From a virus, in the IMG/VR virus record IMGVR_UViG_3300035527_000323, positions 1 to 37,977 of that record: 37,977 nt of DNA; one strand, given 5' to 3'. A program made the position numbers and the translations under genes. Below, piece after piece: positions 15,847-25,032 of this stretch (its first letter is position 1; every line of letters starts with the position of its first letter). The notes below the pieces were generated by a model that saw only the letters and a program-made list of their open reading frames with translations, was not told the DNA's origin and searched no databases.

Positions 15847-15976
15847 TTGCAACCAAAAATCCGCCCATATTGCAAAAATCCGCCAAACCTTGCAAACGTT
15901 GCAAGGGTCGTTTCTGCATCGCACCGCCCGCCGGCTGGGCTCATGAGCCGCATTGCCACCACCCCCTTAATTGCAA
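15847..15976. repeat. Five TTGCAA palindromes (15847, 15870, 15890, 15899, 15971) plus two CAAAAATCCGCC direct repeats (15854-15865, 15873-15884)
   Basis: Read directly. Coordinates were anchored on the frame of track ORF 15832..16086. The region lies between convergent terminators. Confidence 0.75.
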
Positions 15977-16119
15977 AAAAGGCACTCAAAACCATCGAAG
16001 GCAGGGTGCGGAGGAGTGTTTTTTTTCTGGGGCTGGGAATTTTTGGCGCCGGCGTGGTTCTCAGGGGTGGGCCGGCGGGCTTGTGATCACTTTTTGAGGA
16101 GATGTGCCGATGGAATAAG

Positions 16120-16150
16120 AAAAGCCCGGGGAGAAAACTCCCGGGCTTTT
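16120..16150 (-). terminator. Bidirectional rho-independent terminator ending the late tail operon
   Basis: AAAAGCCCGGGGAG-aaaa-CTCCCGGGCTTTT with T-runs on both strands, 40 nt after the spike gene stop. Confidence 0.7.
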
Positions 16151-16189
16151 GTGTGGTGGTGGCGGTGCCTGCGGCGGGCAGGCGGGTGG

Positions 16190-16978
16190 TTAGCTTTGGA
16201 GGGTTGTGACTCCGGTGTGTGCGGTACCTACAGTGTCGGCGTGGTCGTGAACGTCGGCGGATACGTCGCTGATGCCCACGCCCGGGTGGGTGTGGTCTGC
16301 AAGGATGTCCAGGGCCTGCTCGATGGCGGCCAGGGCGGAGGTGATCAGGGGCAGCAGGCTGGGACCGCCGGACATGCCGATGGTCACCACGGGCGCGTTG
16401 ACTGTGAATGCCTGCCCGGCGGATATGGATTTGGTCTGTCCCACGGTTTCGCTGGCGTTGCCGCCGGCCGCCTGGGCAATGTCCTGGGCCGCAGAGTGGT
16501 TGATGTTCTGGGCTGTGTCCTGGATATCTTTGTCTGTTGTCCGTTCCCAGTTGCCGGTGGGGTCCACGGCCTGGTGGACGCCGGTGCGCTGCTGCCATTT
16601 GCCCATATTGTCCGGCACGTCCGGGAGGGTCAGGCCCATGGGATAGATATGCTGGATCACCGGGTGATCCGGGCGGCCTTCGATCCACCGGACCGTGACG
16701 ATGGTTCCGGGACGTGGCCACAGAAAAAAGCCGGCGCTTTGTCCGCCACCCGGGACGGGCAGGGGAACGGCTTCATATTTGGGGAAACCCTGGGCCGGTT
16801 CGCCCTCGGGTGTAAGGATCTCGATGTCCGCGGCCCAGAAGGGGCGGAACCGGTCACACACGGATCCGGCTGCGGGCGGGTCGGATATTTTTACAATCCT
16901 GGCATACCGGTCCAGGTGGTACCCGCCGGCCAGCTCCGGGAACATCCTTAGAATAATGCGCTTAATCGCTTTTCGCAT
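16190..16978 (-). CDS. Baseplate central spike protein (gpV / Mu gp45-like)
   Basis: The start is probably M55 of the track ORF (16978). OB-fold-like GTIVTVRWIEGRPDHPVI and the C-terminal LADHTHPGVG are typical of gpV-type spikes. It is the last gene of the tail operon. Confidence 0.55.
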   Translation of the reverse strand: MRKAIKRIILRMFPELAGGYHLDRYARIVKISDPPAAGSVCDRFRPFWAADIEILTPEGEPAQGFPKYEAVPLPVPGGGQSAGFFLWPRPGTIVTVRWIEGRPDHPVIQHIYPMGLTLPDVPDNMGKWQQRTGVHQAVDPTGNWERTTDKDIQDTAQNINHSAAQDIAQAAGGNASETVGQTKSISAGQAFTVNAPVVTIGMSGGPSLLPLITSALAAIEQALDILADHTHPGVGISDVSADVHDHADTVGTAHTGVTTLQS

Positions 16979-17652
16979 GTCACCACCATGAAGTGTTCTT
17001 TGAGTTGCAGGCTGGTTATGTACTGCCCGTTGAGCAGGACCCCGGGCCGCAACCCCGGGATTGCCTGCATGGTTTTGGTGCCGTCCAGCTGCACGTCCTG
17101 GAAAAACCGCTCCGGCACAGTGAACGGCTTGCCGGCCCACCGGCTGTCATCCCATGCCCCGGCATAGACTGTGCCGTCTCCCTGCTGCTGCCAGATGTAG
17201 TTTTCAATGTCAAACACCTTGCCCAGGGAATCCAGCCCGTGGATGCCTGTGCCGATGCTCTGGAACACAGGGCAGGGCGTGGCGGTGTAGTCCTTGGCAG
17301 GCGTGGCAAATTTCAGCCCGGTTTTCCTGGCATAGACATTGAGAATATCTGTCATGGATGCGTTGCGGATCGATATCGGCAGCACAGCCCACAACACCGC
17401 GGACAGTTCCCTGCAGAAAATACGCTGCTGGGCCCGGTCCACCGTGTGGCTCTGGGCAATGAACCCGGTGAAAAAATCCAGGGCCCGGCCCTGGGACGCG
17501 TCGGCAATGGCCAGGTTGACGATGCCTGAAAGCGGCGCGGCACTTCTGACAGTAAAATCCGCCCGTCCCGGGGTGGCAATGTCAAGAAACACATGATCTT
17601 TGACCAGGCCCACGCTGGATCCGTTGATTGTCAGTGTTTTTAGCAATTTCAT
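16948..17652 (-). CDS. Putative baseplate hub protein (gpD/gp27-like, short form)
   Basis: 234 aa with a GGAGAAA RBS. The call rests mainly on its position directly upstream of the spike, since sequence resemblance is weak. Confidence 0.35.
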   Translation of the reverse strand: MKLLKTLTINGSSVGLVKDHVFLDIATPGRADFTVRSAAPLSGIVNLAIADASQGRALDFFTGFIAQSHTVDRAQQRIFCRELSAVLWAVLPISIRNASMTDILNVYARKTGLKFATPAKDYTATPCPVFQSIGTGIHGLDSLGKVFDIENYIWQQQGDGTVYAGAWDDSRWAGKPFTVPERFFQDVQLDGTKTMQAIPGLRPGVLLNGQYITSLQLKEHFMVVTCEKRLSALF

Positions 17653-17679
17653 ATCGGTTGGTTTCTCCGGGTGGCCTGG

Positions 17680-18168
17680 TTATGACGGCAGATTTGTTTC
17701 AGCCTGGTTCAACAGGACCTGATATTCTGTCAGGGCCTTGCCGGCATTGGCGGTGTTGGCTGATACCAGGTCGGGGTCCCGGTTTTCCACACGCTCCGGA
17801 TTGCTCAGATATTCCTGGAGTGTGAACGATACCTGCCACAGCTGCATGGATTCCGCCTCGTTCCAGTTGAAGTGCTCAAAAAACCGCACCTGGCGAATGC
17901 CGGCCGCGTTGGCGGTCCGGTTGGTGATAGTATAGATCCTGCGCTCGCCATTTTCACCCACGGCCTCGGCGGTTTTGATCAGGTCGGTCATGTCCTGGGG
18001 CGTTTTGAACGGGATAGAAATACCCACCCGCAGAATTTTGGGTTTGATCCCTTTTTCCACGGCATCGGTGCCGGAGGTTTCACCGGCAATATCTTCTGTT
18101 CTCAGTTCCATGCTGGCTTTCACCAGCAACTGTTTTCCAGGTATTGTGAAATCATCAAGTAGCATCAT
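17680..18168 (-). CDS. Putative tail protein (P2 gpU-like size and position)
   Basis: 162 aa preceding the hub and spike. Only loose resemblance to gpU (MML... start, ...F.L.L-type C-terminal core). Confidence 0.3.
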   Translation of the reverse strand: MMLLDDFTIPGKQLLVKASMELRTEDIAGETSGTDAVEKGIKPKILRVGISIPFKTPQDMTDLIKTAEAVGENGERRIYTITNRTANAAGIRQVRFFEHFNWNEAESMQLWQVSFTLQEYLSNPERVENRDPDLVSANTANAGKALTEYQVLLNQAETNLPS

Positions 18169-18197
18169 TGGCGGACCCCATGGGCTAAATTTTTGGT

Positions 18198-18656
18198 TTA
18201 GAGTCGCATGCCTGAAACTATTTGTTTAACCCGAAGGGCAACATCTTCAGAGGCTACCACCCCGCTTTCGGCAAGTTTGGCAAATATATACCCGACAGCG
18301 TCCCGAACAGACTGAAGCCCCATGTCAACTTCAGTTAACCTTGGATCTTCAATTATTTCATAGAAGTCGGCTATAGTAACGTCTGTCGACACCATGGCCT
18401 TAATGCCAATTCGCTCGGCACTGGTCAGGCACATTTTAAAGTCTAATGGGGATAGTTTTGTATAAACCTCTGGAGATAAAACAGGCTCTTGGATAGGTGG
18501 AGATGACCACTCTCCTGTACTACTATCGAGAACCCACCCTCTTTCAACTATCTCTGGCACTTGTTGGAATTGAGCAGATATTGTTGGGTGAAATTTATTT
18601 AAAGGGTCATCACATACATCAACTGCTATATTTTTTATTATTCTCGCCGTTTTCAT
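18198..18656 (-). CDS. Tail-fibre-associated protein (putative fibre assembly/chaperone)
   Basis: 152 aa immediately downstream of the fibre gene. It contains LDFKMCLTSAERIGIK, a motif also seen in ORF 26318..26575. Confidence 0.4.
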   Translation of the reverse strand: MKTARIIKNIAVDVCDDPLNKFHPTISAQFQQVPEIVERGWVLDSSTGEWSSPPIQEPVLSPEVYTKLSPLDFKMCLTSAERIGIKAMVSTDVTIADFYEIIEDPRLTEVDMGLQSVRDAVGYIFAKLAESGVVASEDVALRVKQIVSGMRL

Positions 18657-18657
18657 T

Positions 18658-19776
18658 TTACCACTCCACTATTACTAAGCCGCTTCCACCTTCTCCGGAG
18701 AATCGGTTTATGTTTTGACTTACCATCCCACCGCCACCACCGCCAGCCCTGGCTTTGAGGATATACCCGATTTCAGTACAGGCAAACCCGCCGGTACCTC
18801 CAAAATAGCCCGACCTGCTGACACTTGCAGGGCTGGTAGACTCTCCAAAAGCCGTGCCCCCAGACCCGCCACCCACGCCGATACTCGCCCCAGGTGTTCG
18901 CCTTAATCCACCTGCTGAAAAGATTATGTCTGTGATGAATCTTGCATTAAACTGATTTGGCAGAACCAACAGCGAAGTTTCCCAGACATCCAGCCCCTCT
19001 GATTGATCGATGCCGCTGGAACCGGCTCCCCCACCAGATGTGTCATAATTTGTCTGGCTGCTTGGTGTGTATTTTGTCGGGTCGATACTCCCACCGTTGC
19101 CGCCGACACCAGCCCCCCCAGAGGCACAGCTGGATGCATTTGAGTTGATGTTGTTAAACACAATGTCACCGGAAGATACGCCATTGCCCATCCAGGTGGC
19201 GGAAGAACCACCGCCGCCTGCTACGCCACATATTTTATTCCCTGACGTATTGCCGTTACTGATGGCACCAGATGATCCGCCAATGTAATTAATGTCTCCG
19301 CCGATCCCAGTCCCACCCTCGTTTTCTGTAACTGCGATCGTAGTATTTGTGGTGCCTGCGGATTGAATACCGCCTTCCCCACCAGTGGCTGAAACCAATG
19401 CCCCAAAACTGGTGGTGCCGCCAGGGTTACCATTGGCGTCCCCCGTAACCCCGAGCCCGCCAGAGGCAACAATAACAGGGAACGATTGCCCGGCAGTAAC
19501 AGGGAGAATCTTTTCTGCGTAGCCACCTCCGGCCCCGCCGCTTGCAACAGCTGTGCCTATAAATCCTCGCGAAGCGCCGGATCCACCACCACCGATGAGT
19601 CTTACCCTTACTCTGCTAATTCCAGGAGGAACATTAAACAAAAATTCACCAGGCTCAAAAAATATGCGGGACTCACAATTTCCAAAAAAACGCTGCCCGT
19701 TTCCGATCTGGTTTTGGTTAAAAGATCCAGTCGACAAAAATTGATTCAGACCATTCTCTGATGCGAACTGTCCCAT
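18658..19776 (-). CDS. Glycine-rich tail fibre / receptor-binding protein
   Basis: FNVPPGISRVRVRLIGGGGSG...GGSGLVIVEW is the typical glycine-rich-domain signature of phage distal fibre proteins. GC is lower than in neighbouring tail genes. Confidence 0.6.
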   Translation of the reverse strand: MGQFASENGLNQFLSTGSFNQNQIGNGQRFFGNCESRIFFEPGEFLFNVPPGISRVRVRLIGGGGSGASRGFIGTAVASGGAGGGYAEKILPVTAGQSFPVIVASGGLGVTGDANGNPGGTTSFGALVSATGGEGGIQSAGTTNTTIAVTENEGGTGIGGDINYIGGSSGAISNGNTSGNKICGVAGGGGSSATWMGNGVSSGDIVFNNINSNASSCASGGAGVGGNGGSIDPTKYTPSSQTNYDTSGGGAGSSGIDQSEGLDVWETSLLVLPNQFNARFITDIIFSAGGLRRTPGASIGVGGGSGGTAFGESTSPASVSRSGYFGGTGGFACTEIGYILKARAGGGGGGMVSQNINRFSGEGGSGLVIVEW

Positions 19777-19778
19777 TT

Positions 19779-20093
19779 TTAATTCTCCTCAAATCCATGA
19801 ACGCGGACACTCACGTCCGCTGATTCGCTATAAGCCCAAACGTTTTCATTCGGGCTGCAGACAATGCCGGTATCTTCAATAATTCCATGCGCCGGCAACG
19901 ATTGGTCATAAGTCACAAAATCCGCATCGGAAACAGACGCGCCACTGCCAATGGCCAATCGTATTTTTGTTTCCGATTCTCCACGGTTTGTGAACCTGAC
20001 ATTTACGGTTGCGATTACCTCAGCAGGGACCGTATACAAAAGCGTACTTGTCGCTGCCACAAGATCGGCGGCACCTAATTTCCCAGAACCCAT
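19779..20093 (-). CDS. Hypothetical small beta-rich protein in the fibre cluster
   Basis: 104 aa between the fibre N-terminal module and the glycine-rich protein. Confidence 0.5.
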   Translation of the reverse strand: MGSGKLGAADLVAATSTLLYTVPAEVIATVNVRFTNRGESETKIRLAIGSGASVSDADFVTYDQSLPAHGIIEDTGIVCSPNENVWAYSESADVSVRVHGFEEN

Positions 20094-20104
20094 TTTATTC
20101 CTCC

Positions 20105-20632
20105 TTAAATCTGAGCAAAATAATAATTTTTAGGCCGCATTATTTTTTGAATTGCGGCAAATTCGCTTGTCACATCATACTGCCATGTTTCAGCATTGAC
20201 AGTTATCGCCGTCAAGATTTGAGCATCCCGGAACTGAATCATAAAGTTTCTGGTGATGTTGTTGCCTGTGGTGTTGCTGCCCAGGTCGGTTTTCCGCTTC
20301 GGTGTTTCCGGCGTTGTGGTTATTGCAATGACGGTATCTGTCTCCGCCTCAATCAAACCAATCCAGTTAAAAGAAAAATCACCAATATCTGATCCAAGAA
20401 TGATGGAATAAACCACCTGATCAGGATTCACATATCCTTTATGGTCTGAATTGATCTCCGCAATATGCACAATGGCTTCTGGATCCGGCATCTGCTGCGA
20501 CCTGTCAACTTCAAGAGAAGGGTCAAGACCCGGTATGAGCGCCAAAACCATTCTATCTATGATCAGAGGCAGTTCATCTCCCCGGAGCTGGTTGACCCTT
20601 GTTTGTCCGGCCGTTGTAATTGCACTGCTCAT
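20105..20632 (-). CDS. Tail fibre proximal (baseplate-attachment) module, gpH N-terminal / tail-collar fibre (DUF3751)-like
   Basis: MSSAITTAGQTRVNQL...FSFNWIGLIEAETDTVIAITTTPETPK parallels the P2 gpH N-terminus (ITTAGAAKLAAA...MRELGLYDDAGTLIAVANMAESYK). Confidence 0.6.
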   Translation of the reverse strand: MSSAITTAGQTRVNQLRGDELPLIIDRMVLALIPGLDPSLEVDRSQQMPDPEAIVHIAEINSDHKGYVNPDQVVYSIILGSDIGDFSFNWIGLIEAETDTVIAITTTPETPKRKTDLGSNTTGNNITRNFMIQFRDAQILTAITVNAETWQYDVTSEFAAIQKIMRPKNYYFAQI

Positions 20633-20635
20633 GAG

Positions 20636-21181
20636 TTATTCCTCCAAAATTGCCAGTGAGGTAATCGTTTCATTAGAAAATTCCGCCACGTCAATTTCTA
20701 TCGGTATGGGGGTGATGATATTCCAGCCGTACCGCCTGCATGTCCGACCATAATGCTGAATCAACTCATCCAGCAGATTCGTATTTTCTCCAAGCTGGCT
20801 ATCAGACATAGTGATATTTATGGTATCCCAGTCTAAGCCATCCATGCGCTCATGGATCTCGATATAACCGATACCCAGCCGCTGGAAAATTCGCTTGAAC
20901 CCGGCCACGCTGCCGGCATCCCTGGCGTTGGCATAGGCATATTTGACCCGGATCCGGAACAGGTCCAGCGGTTCTGTGTCAAACCGGGTGATATCTCTCT
21001 GCCACGCTATCAGATTCAGGACCCGCGCCCCGCAGGTTAAAGGGTCCATCTGTTTCAAAGGCCAGACAGCCCAGTCCCCCAGCATGGTGAAAAACGCATG
21101 GGCCGCTGTGGCCAGCTTGACCGCTTCCCCCTGGTTCATCCACACCGGCAATTTGAATTCAGGCAATACAGGCGTTGACAT
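20636..21181 (-). CDS. Baseplate/tail protein gpI-like
   Basis: 181 aa directly after the gpJ-like gene. Called from position and size. Confidence 0.45.
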   Translation of the reverse strand: MSTPVLPEFKLPVWMNQGEAVKLATAAHAFFTMLGDWAVWPLKQMDPLTCGARVLNLIAWQRDITRFDTEPLDLFRIRVKYAYANARDAGSVAGFKRIFQRLGIGYIEIHERMDGLDWDTINITMSDSQLGENTNLLDELIQHYGRTCRRYGWNIITPIPIEIDVAEFSNETITSLAILEE

Positions 21182-22359
21182 TATGCCTCCTCAAGGGTCA
21201 CGGTCAAGGTGTCCAGGGTGGGGATTTCCATGGCATTGACAATGTCAGACAGAGAAAATGCCACACTGACCAGATCCGGCATCTGGCTGTGCAGCTCATC
21301 TGCCAGCCGGGAAAAACTGAACCGGGAAAAAGGCATTGTCCTGGTCATGTCTTCATAATCCTGGTTTTCTCTGAATGCATACCTGATCCGGTCTGTGACC
21401 CCGGCCTGGAGCGCGGTTTTTTCATCATCGGTCAGCAGGCTGCTGTGATATACGGTCACCGCCAGGGTCACGGGCGTCACCGGCATGGCCATGCACAGCA
21501 TGTCATCCCCGTGGCCATGGTGTCCGTTGTCAATGATATATGCGTTGATGGTATCGATGAACGCCTGTGTCGGGCTTCCGCTGTCGATCATGATATAGGC
21601 GTTGGCAGATCCCGGCCCCCTGGGGGCCCCATGCTCGAACCAGATATAATCGGTCCGGATTCCGGCAAACAAAGAAATGTCCGCCCGGTAAGCCGCGTCA
21701 TGATGGTACTGCCCCACCGCGGAAAACTGATTTCTGGCCCGCAGCCGCAGGGAATCATCAGACTCCTCATCGGCACCGGCCACCGATATCCAGTCTGACT
21801 CGTTTGTCACCGCATCGATGCCAGGTACCGGCTCCGGCAGCACGGTGTAATATCCGGGCCCTAAATTGTACGCGGTACCGGTCTGCTCTGCTTCCACCGG
21901 CACCAGGGCGGAGACTTCCCCGTCCGCCAGGGTGGTTTCTTCGGTGGTGACCAGGCGGTACACCACCCCGTTGATCGCCGGTGTGGCCACGAGTATCCCC
22001 GCCTCCACCACTGCCTCACCTGTGGTGTCCACCCGTGAAAACAGCAGATTGCCGGCTGCTTTCACGGCCTCTTTTCTCTCCACATCTACGGCCCAGGCCA
22101 GCAGGTCCAGCCAGGTGCCGGCGGCATCCTTGAGAAACGCATTGGGCAGGGCATGGTTGATCAGCAGATCCACCAGCCACCGGGCGGGAGTGGTCACAAT
22201 GGCCGTGATCAAACGCCAGAAAGGTGACCAGGCAGAGTTGTTTGCGATCTGGAGCTCTTCCGCGTCATTGATGGCATCCCACTCTGCCTTGATACCTGCC
22301 TCGGTGGTCGGTATGCCGGCATCATCCAGCATCTGTTTGTAAATCGGATCAGTCATCAT
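21181..22359 (-). CDS. Baseplate J-like protein (gpJ/gp47 family)
   Basis: 392 aa. The central LVTTEETTLADGEVSALVPVEAEQTGTAYNLGPG region is typical of the baseplate J family. Confidence 0.7.
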   Translation of the reverse strand: MMTDPIYKQMLDDAGIPTTEAGIKAEWDAINDAEELQIANNSAWSPFWRLITAIVTTPARWLVDLLINHALPNAFLKDAAGTWLDLLAWAVDVERKEAVKAAGNLLFSRVDTTGEAVVEAGILVATPAINGVVYRLVTTEETTLADGEVSALVPVEAEQTGTAYNLGPGYYTVLPEPVPGIDAVTNESDWISVAGADEESDDSLRLRARNQFSAVGQYHHDAAYRADISLFAGIRTDYIWFEHGAPRGPGSANAYIMIDSGSPTQAFIDTINAYIIDNGHHGHGDDMLCMAMPVTPVTLAVTVYHSSLLTDDEKTALQAGVTDRIRYAFRENQDYEDMTRTMPFSRFSFSRLADELHSQMPDLVSVAFSLSDIVNAMEIPTLDTLTVTLEEA

Positions 22360-22679
22360 CCCCCCAGATAAAAGCCCACCGGGCCGAATTTTATGGTTTC
22401 CGCCACCAGATAGAATGTACCTGCCACCGGTTCTTCAATATATGCCGATCCCGGAACGATCCTTGTGTCATTGTCCACGGCCAGGGTGATTTCCACCTTG
22501 GTGTGGTCGATCAGATCCCGGTTGCGGTTGCCCACCAGGGGCGGTAAAAAGCCTTTTTCCCGGATCATGTGCACCAGGTCCTGGGCAATCACATCCCGGT
22601 CATCCACCAGCAGCGGATTGCCGGCCACGTCCAGGTCCAGGTCGTCATCTGTAATCAGCAGATCCTTATATTCTGTCAT
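22356..22679 (-). CDS. Small baseplate protein (position of gpW; HP1 Orf23/DUF2590-like)
   Basis: 107 aa between the tape measure and gpJ-like genes, overlapping the latter by 4 nt. Confidence 0.4.
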   Translation of the reverse strand: MTEYKDLLITDDDLDLDVAGNPLLVDDRDVIAQDLVHMIREKGFLPPLVGNRNRDLIDHTKVEITLAVDNDTRIVPGSAYIEEPVAGTFYLVAETIKFGPVGFYLGG

Positions 22680-22688
22680 TTTCCACCT

Positions 22689-24536
22689 CTATCCACCGGC
22701 CATCCACAGCTGGTTGCCGATCTCCTGTGGGTTGATGGGCCGCGATGTCACCACCTGGCCGATGTGCACGGACCTTGATTCAGTCCGGCGGTTATCGTTG
22801 TTCACAGCATTGGAGATCATTTTGCCCACGCCGCCGTTGACCGCTGCCCCCTGCCTGGGCGCATCCAGGGACGGAGACGATGCCGGGGCTACAGCCATAT
22901 CCTCCCCCATGCCCGGGATTTTGCCCTTGATCCAGCCCCAGGCCCCGGACATGGAGGGAATCTTGTCAAGGATCCTGGTGATCATTTCCCATAAGGATTT
23001 CAGGCTGCCCAGGACTTTGTCCACCACGCCGATGATGGCCTGGCCCCAGGCGCTGTCCATGAACGCGGCTTTCAGATCATCCCAGTAATAGATGGCAGCC
23101 GCCACTCCGGCTGTCAACAGCAATACCCCGGCCACCACCAGGCCCACCGGGTTGGCATACATGGCGGCATTCATGGCCAGCATGGCAGTGCGGGCCGCCA
23201 CCAGGCCGCCTCTGAACACAGCCATGATGACAGTGGTGGCTTTGACAGCCAGGTTCCAAACAAGCGTTGCGGCTCTTGCAAACAATGTCCCCTGGCCCAT
23301 GCCGAACATGGCCAGCCGGGCCAGTCCGCCCATGGCTGCAAATGCACCGATCACACCGGCCCCGCCGGCGATCACGGTAATCCCTAAACCAACCACTTTT
23401 GTCAGCCCGGGGAACCGTTGGGTCCAGTCATAGATTGCCCCGGCCCCTTGTGCCAACTTTTCCACCGCAGGAATCAAAACCGGCAGCAGGGCCTGGCCCA
23501 GGCCGATTCTGACGGCCTGTATACCTTCGGACCACCTGGCAAACACATCCACACGCCTGGCTGCCATGTCCGCCGCTTTGTCCATGCCGGTGGTTTTGTT
23601 GATCTTGCCGATGTTCTCTGCCAGGCTGTCTGTCTGTGGCAGCAGCTGTTTGATCAGCTTGACCGCTTCGTCTGATCCAAACGCGGATTTCAATGCATCG
23701 GATTCCGCCACATCCAGAGTATCGCCGAATTTGCCCTGTAATTTGGATAAAATATCCACCATTCCCAGCATGTTGCCGGACGAATCCGTGAATTTCAAGC
23801 CAAGTGCGTCCTGGGCCTTGCCCACACCGGTCAGAAACGCGGTATATTTGGTGCCGGCTTCGCTGCCGGACATGGTTGCCTGGAGCTGGCCCAGCACTGC
23901 CATCTGCTCAGACTGACCCACGCCGGAAGCTGTTGCGGATGCGCCCAGGGATGAAAACGCCCGGGCCATTTCAGCGCCGGTGGTCTTAAACATCTGAACC
24001 GCCGTGGCGGTCTGGCCGGTCAGCTGTTCCACCCACTGGGTTTTCCCCATCTTGTCGGCCGTGGTCTGAAAAATACCGTACATGGTGCCCATATAATCGG
24101 TGATCACATCGGCATTGGCCTTGGTTGCCTTGGCCAGCACGTTGCCCGCATGGGTGAAATTGGCCAGCTCGTTATCCGCCAGCCCGGCAATGGCGGACTG
24201 AATGTCATAAGACGATCTGACAAACCCGGCCGCTGATTCCCCGTATTTGATGGAAAAGGCAATGGCCTTGTCAGACAGGATATCCAGACTGTTCTGGGCC
24301 ACATCCAGGGACCGGACATCTCCGATGGCCAGGTTAAAGTCCTGGGCCGGCCCTGCCATGGCTTTGAGCGCATACCCGGCAGATGCCATGCCCGCGACCC
24401 CTCCGGCCATATGGGCAAAGCTGGACTTGGCCACCTCCCCCAGGCGGCCAAGTTTGCTCTGAATCTTCCCGGCCGGGCCGGATACCCGGTCCATCAGGGA
24501 TATGGAAAACATCAATTTTTCAAGCTGGGTTGCCAT
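22689..24536 (-). CDS. Tail tape measure protein
   Basis: 615 aa counted from the ATG at 24536. It is Ala/Gly-rich and helical with a C-terminal hydrophobic stretch, and it follows the frameshifted chaperone pair. Confidence 0.8.
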   Translation of the reverse strand: MATQLEKLMFSISLMDRVSGPAGKIQSKLGRLGEVAKSSFAHMAGGVAGMASAGYALKAMAGPAQDFNLAIGDVRSLDVAQNSLDILSDKAIAFSIKYGESAAGFVRSSYDIQSAIAGLADNELANFTHAGNVLAKATKANADVITDYMGTMYGIFQTTADKMGKTQWVEQLTGQTATAVQMFKTTGAEMARAFSSLGASATASGVGQSEQMAVLGQLQATMSGSEAGTKYTAFLTGVGKAQDALGLKFTDSSGNMLGMVDILSKLQGKFGDTLDVAESDALKSAFGSDEAVKLIKQLLPQTDSLAENIGKINKTTGMDKAADMAARRVDVFARWSEGIQAVRIGLGQALLPVLIPAVEKLAQGAGAIYDWTQRFPGLTKVVGLGITVIAGGAGVIGAFAAMGGLARLAMFGMGQGTLFARAATLVWNLAVKATTVIMAVFRGGLVAARTAMLAMNAAMYANPVGLVVAGVLLLTAGVAAAIYYWDDLKAAFMDSAWGQAIIGVVDKVLGSLKSLWEMITRILDKIPSMSGAWGWIKGKIPGMGEDMAVAPASSPSLDAPRQGAAVNGGVGKMISNAVNNDNRRTESRSVHIGQVVTSRPINPQEIGNQLWMAGG

Positions 24537-24553
24537 GGTCTGCTGCCTTTGTC

Positions 24554-24748
24554 TTATTTTGAAAATGCGTCCACAATGCCCCGCTGGATTGCTATGCGTT
24601 GTTTGTCCCAATAATCTTTTTCCAGCCAGACTGCTTCTCCCATGGCCCGGGTCGTGACATCACGGCCCGGAAACCATTTCCTGGCCAGGGTTGCCATCTG
24701 GGACAGGGCATTTTTTTCAATGCCCGCGGCAACCCTTTCTACTCCCCC
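24554..24748 (-). CDS. -1 frame extension of the tail assembly chaperone (gpE-prime / GT-like)
   Basis: The -1 frame is open for 64 codons. It runs from the G5 run (C5 on the + strand, 24744-24748) just before the 0-frame stop to a TAA at 24554-24556, 18 nt upstream of the tape measure ATG. Confidence 0.55.
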   Translation of the reverse strand, partial: GGVERVAAGIEKNALSQMATLARKWFPGRDVTTRAMGEAVWLEKDYWDKQRIAIQRGIVDAFSK

Positions 24749-25002
24749 AGGGTGATTTTCAGTTTAGGGGAAATGGCCTCAATCACGGCCGTGCCGATCT
24801 CGATCACCGTGGACGGGTTTTTCAACAGCGGGGTCAGGTCCTCTTTGGATTCCTTGCCCACGGACCGCACCAGAAAATTGTGCATGGGTGTCACCTTGGA
24901 GTTGGGCTGCATCTCATCGATGAGGCGCTCATGGCTTTCCGGGGTGACGTTGAATGTGATTTTCTTGCCGTTGATAGTCAGGGTGACTTTGTTTTCATCC
25001 AT
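24739..25002 (-). CDS. Tail assembly chaperone (gpE/G-like)
   Basis: 87 aa directly upstream of the tape measure, with an AAGGA RBS. Confidence 0.6.
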   Translation of the reverse strand: MDENKVTLTINGKKITFNVTPESHERLIDEMQPNSKVTPMHNFLVRSVGKESKEDLTPLLKNPSTVIEIGTAVIEAISPKLKITLGE

Positions 25003-25032
25003 TTTGTTTTGTCCTTATATATAGGGTTGTGG

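Noticed and set aside
15832-16086. 84-aa TTG-started ORF with a hydrophobic C-terminus in the TTGCAA-rich intergenic region
   Set aside because: It has a TTG start inside a terminator stem and no RBS. Its frame is largely dictated by the repeats. It is kept only as a remote possibility under the intergenic-region finding.
15543-16721. 392-aa minus-strand ORF and 326-aa plus-strand ORF (15971..16951) spanning the convergent intergenic region and the spike gene
   Set aside because: Both are extremely Arg/Pro/Gly-rich. They run through two terminators and overlap the well-supported spike frame. They are not coding.
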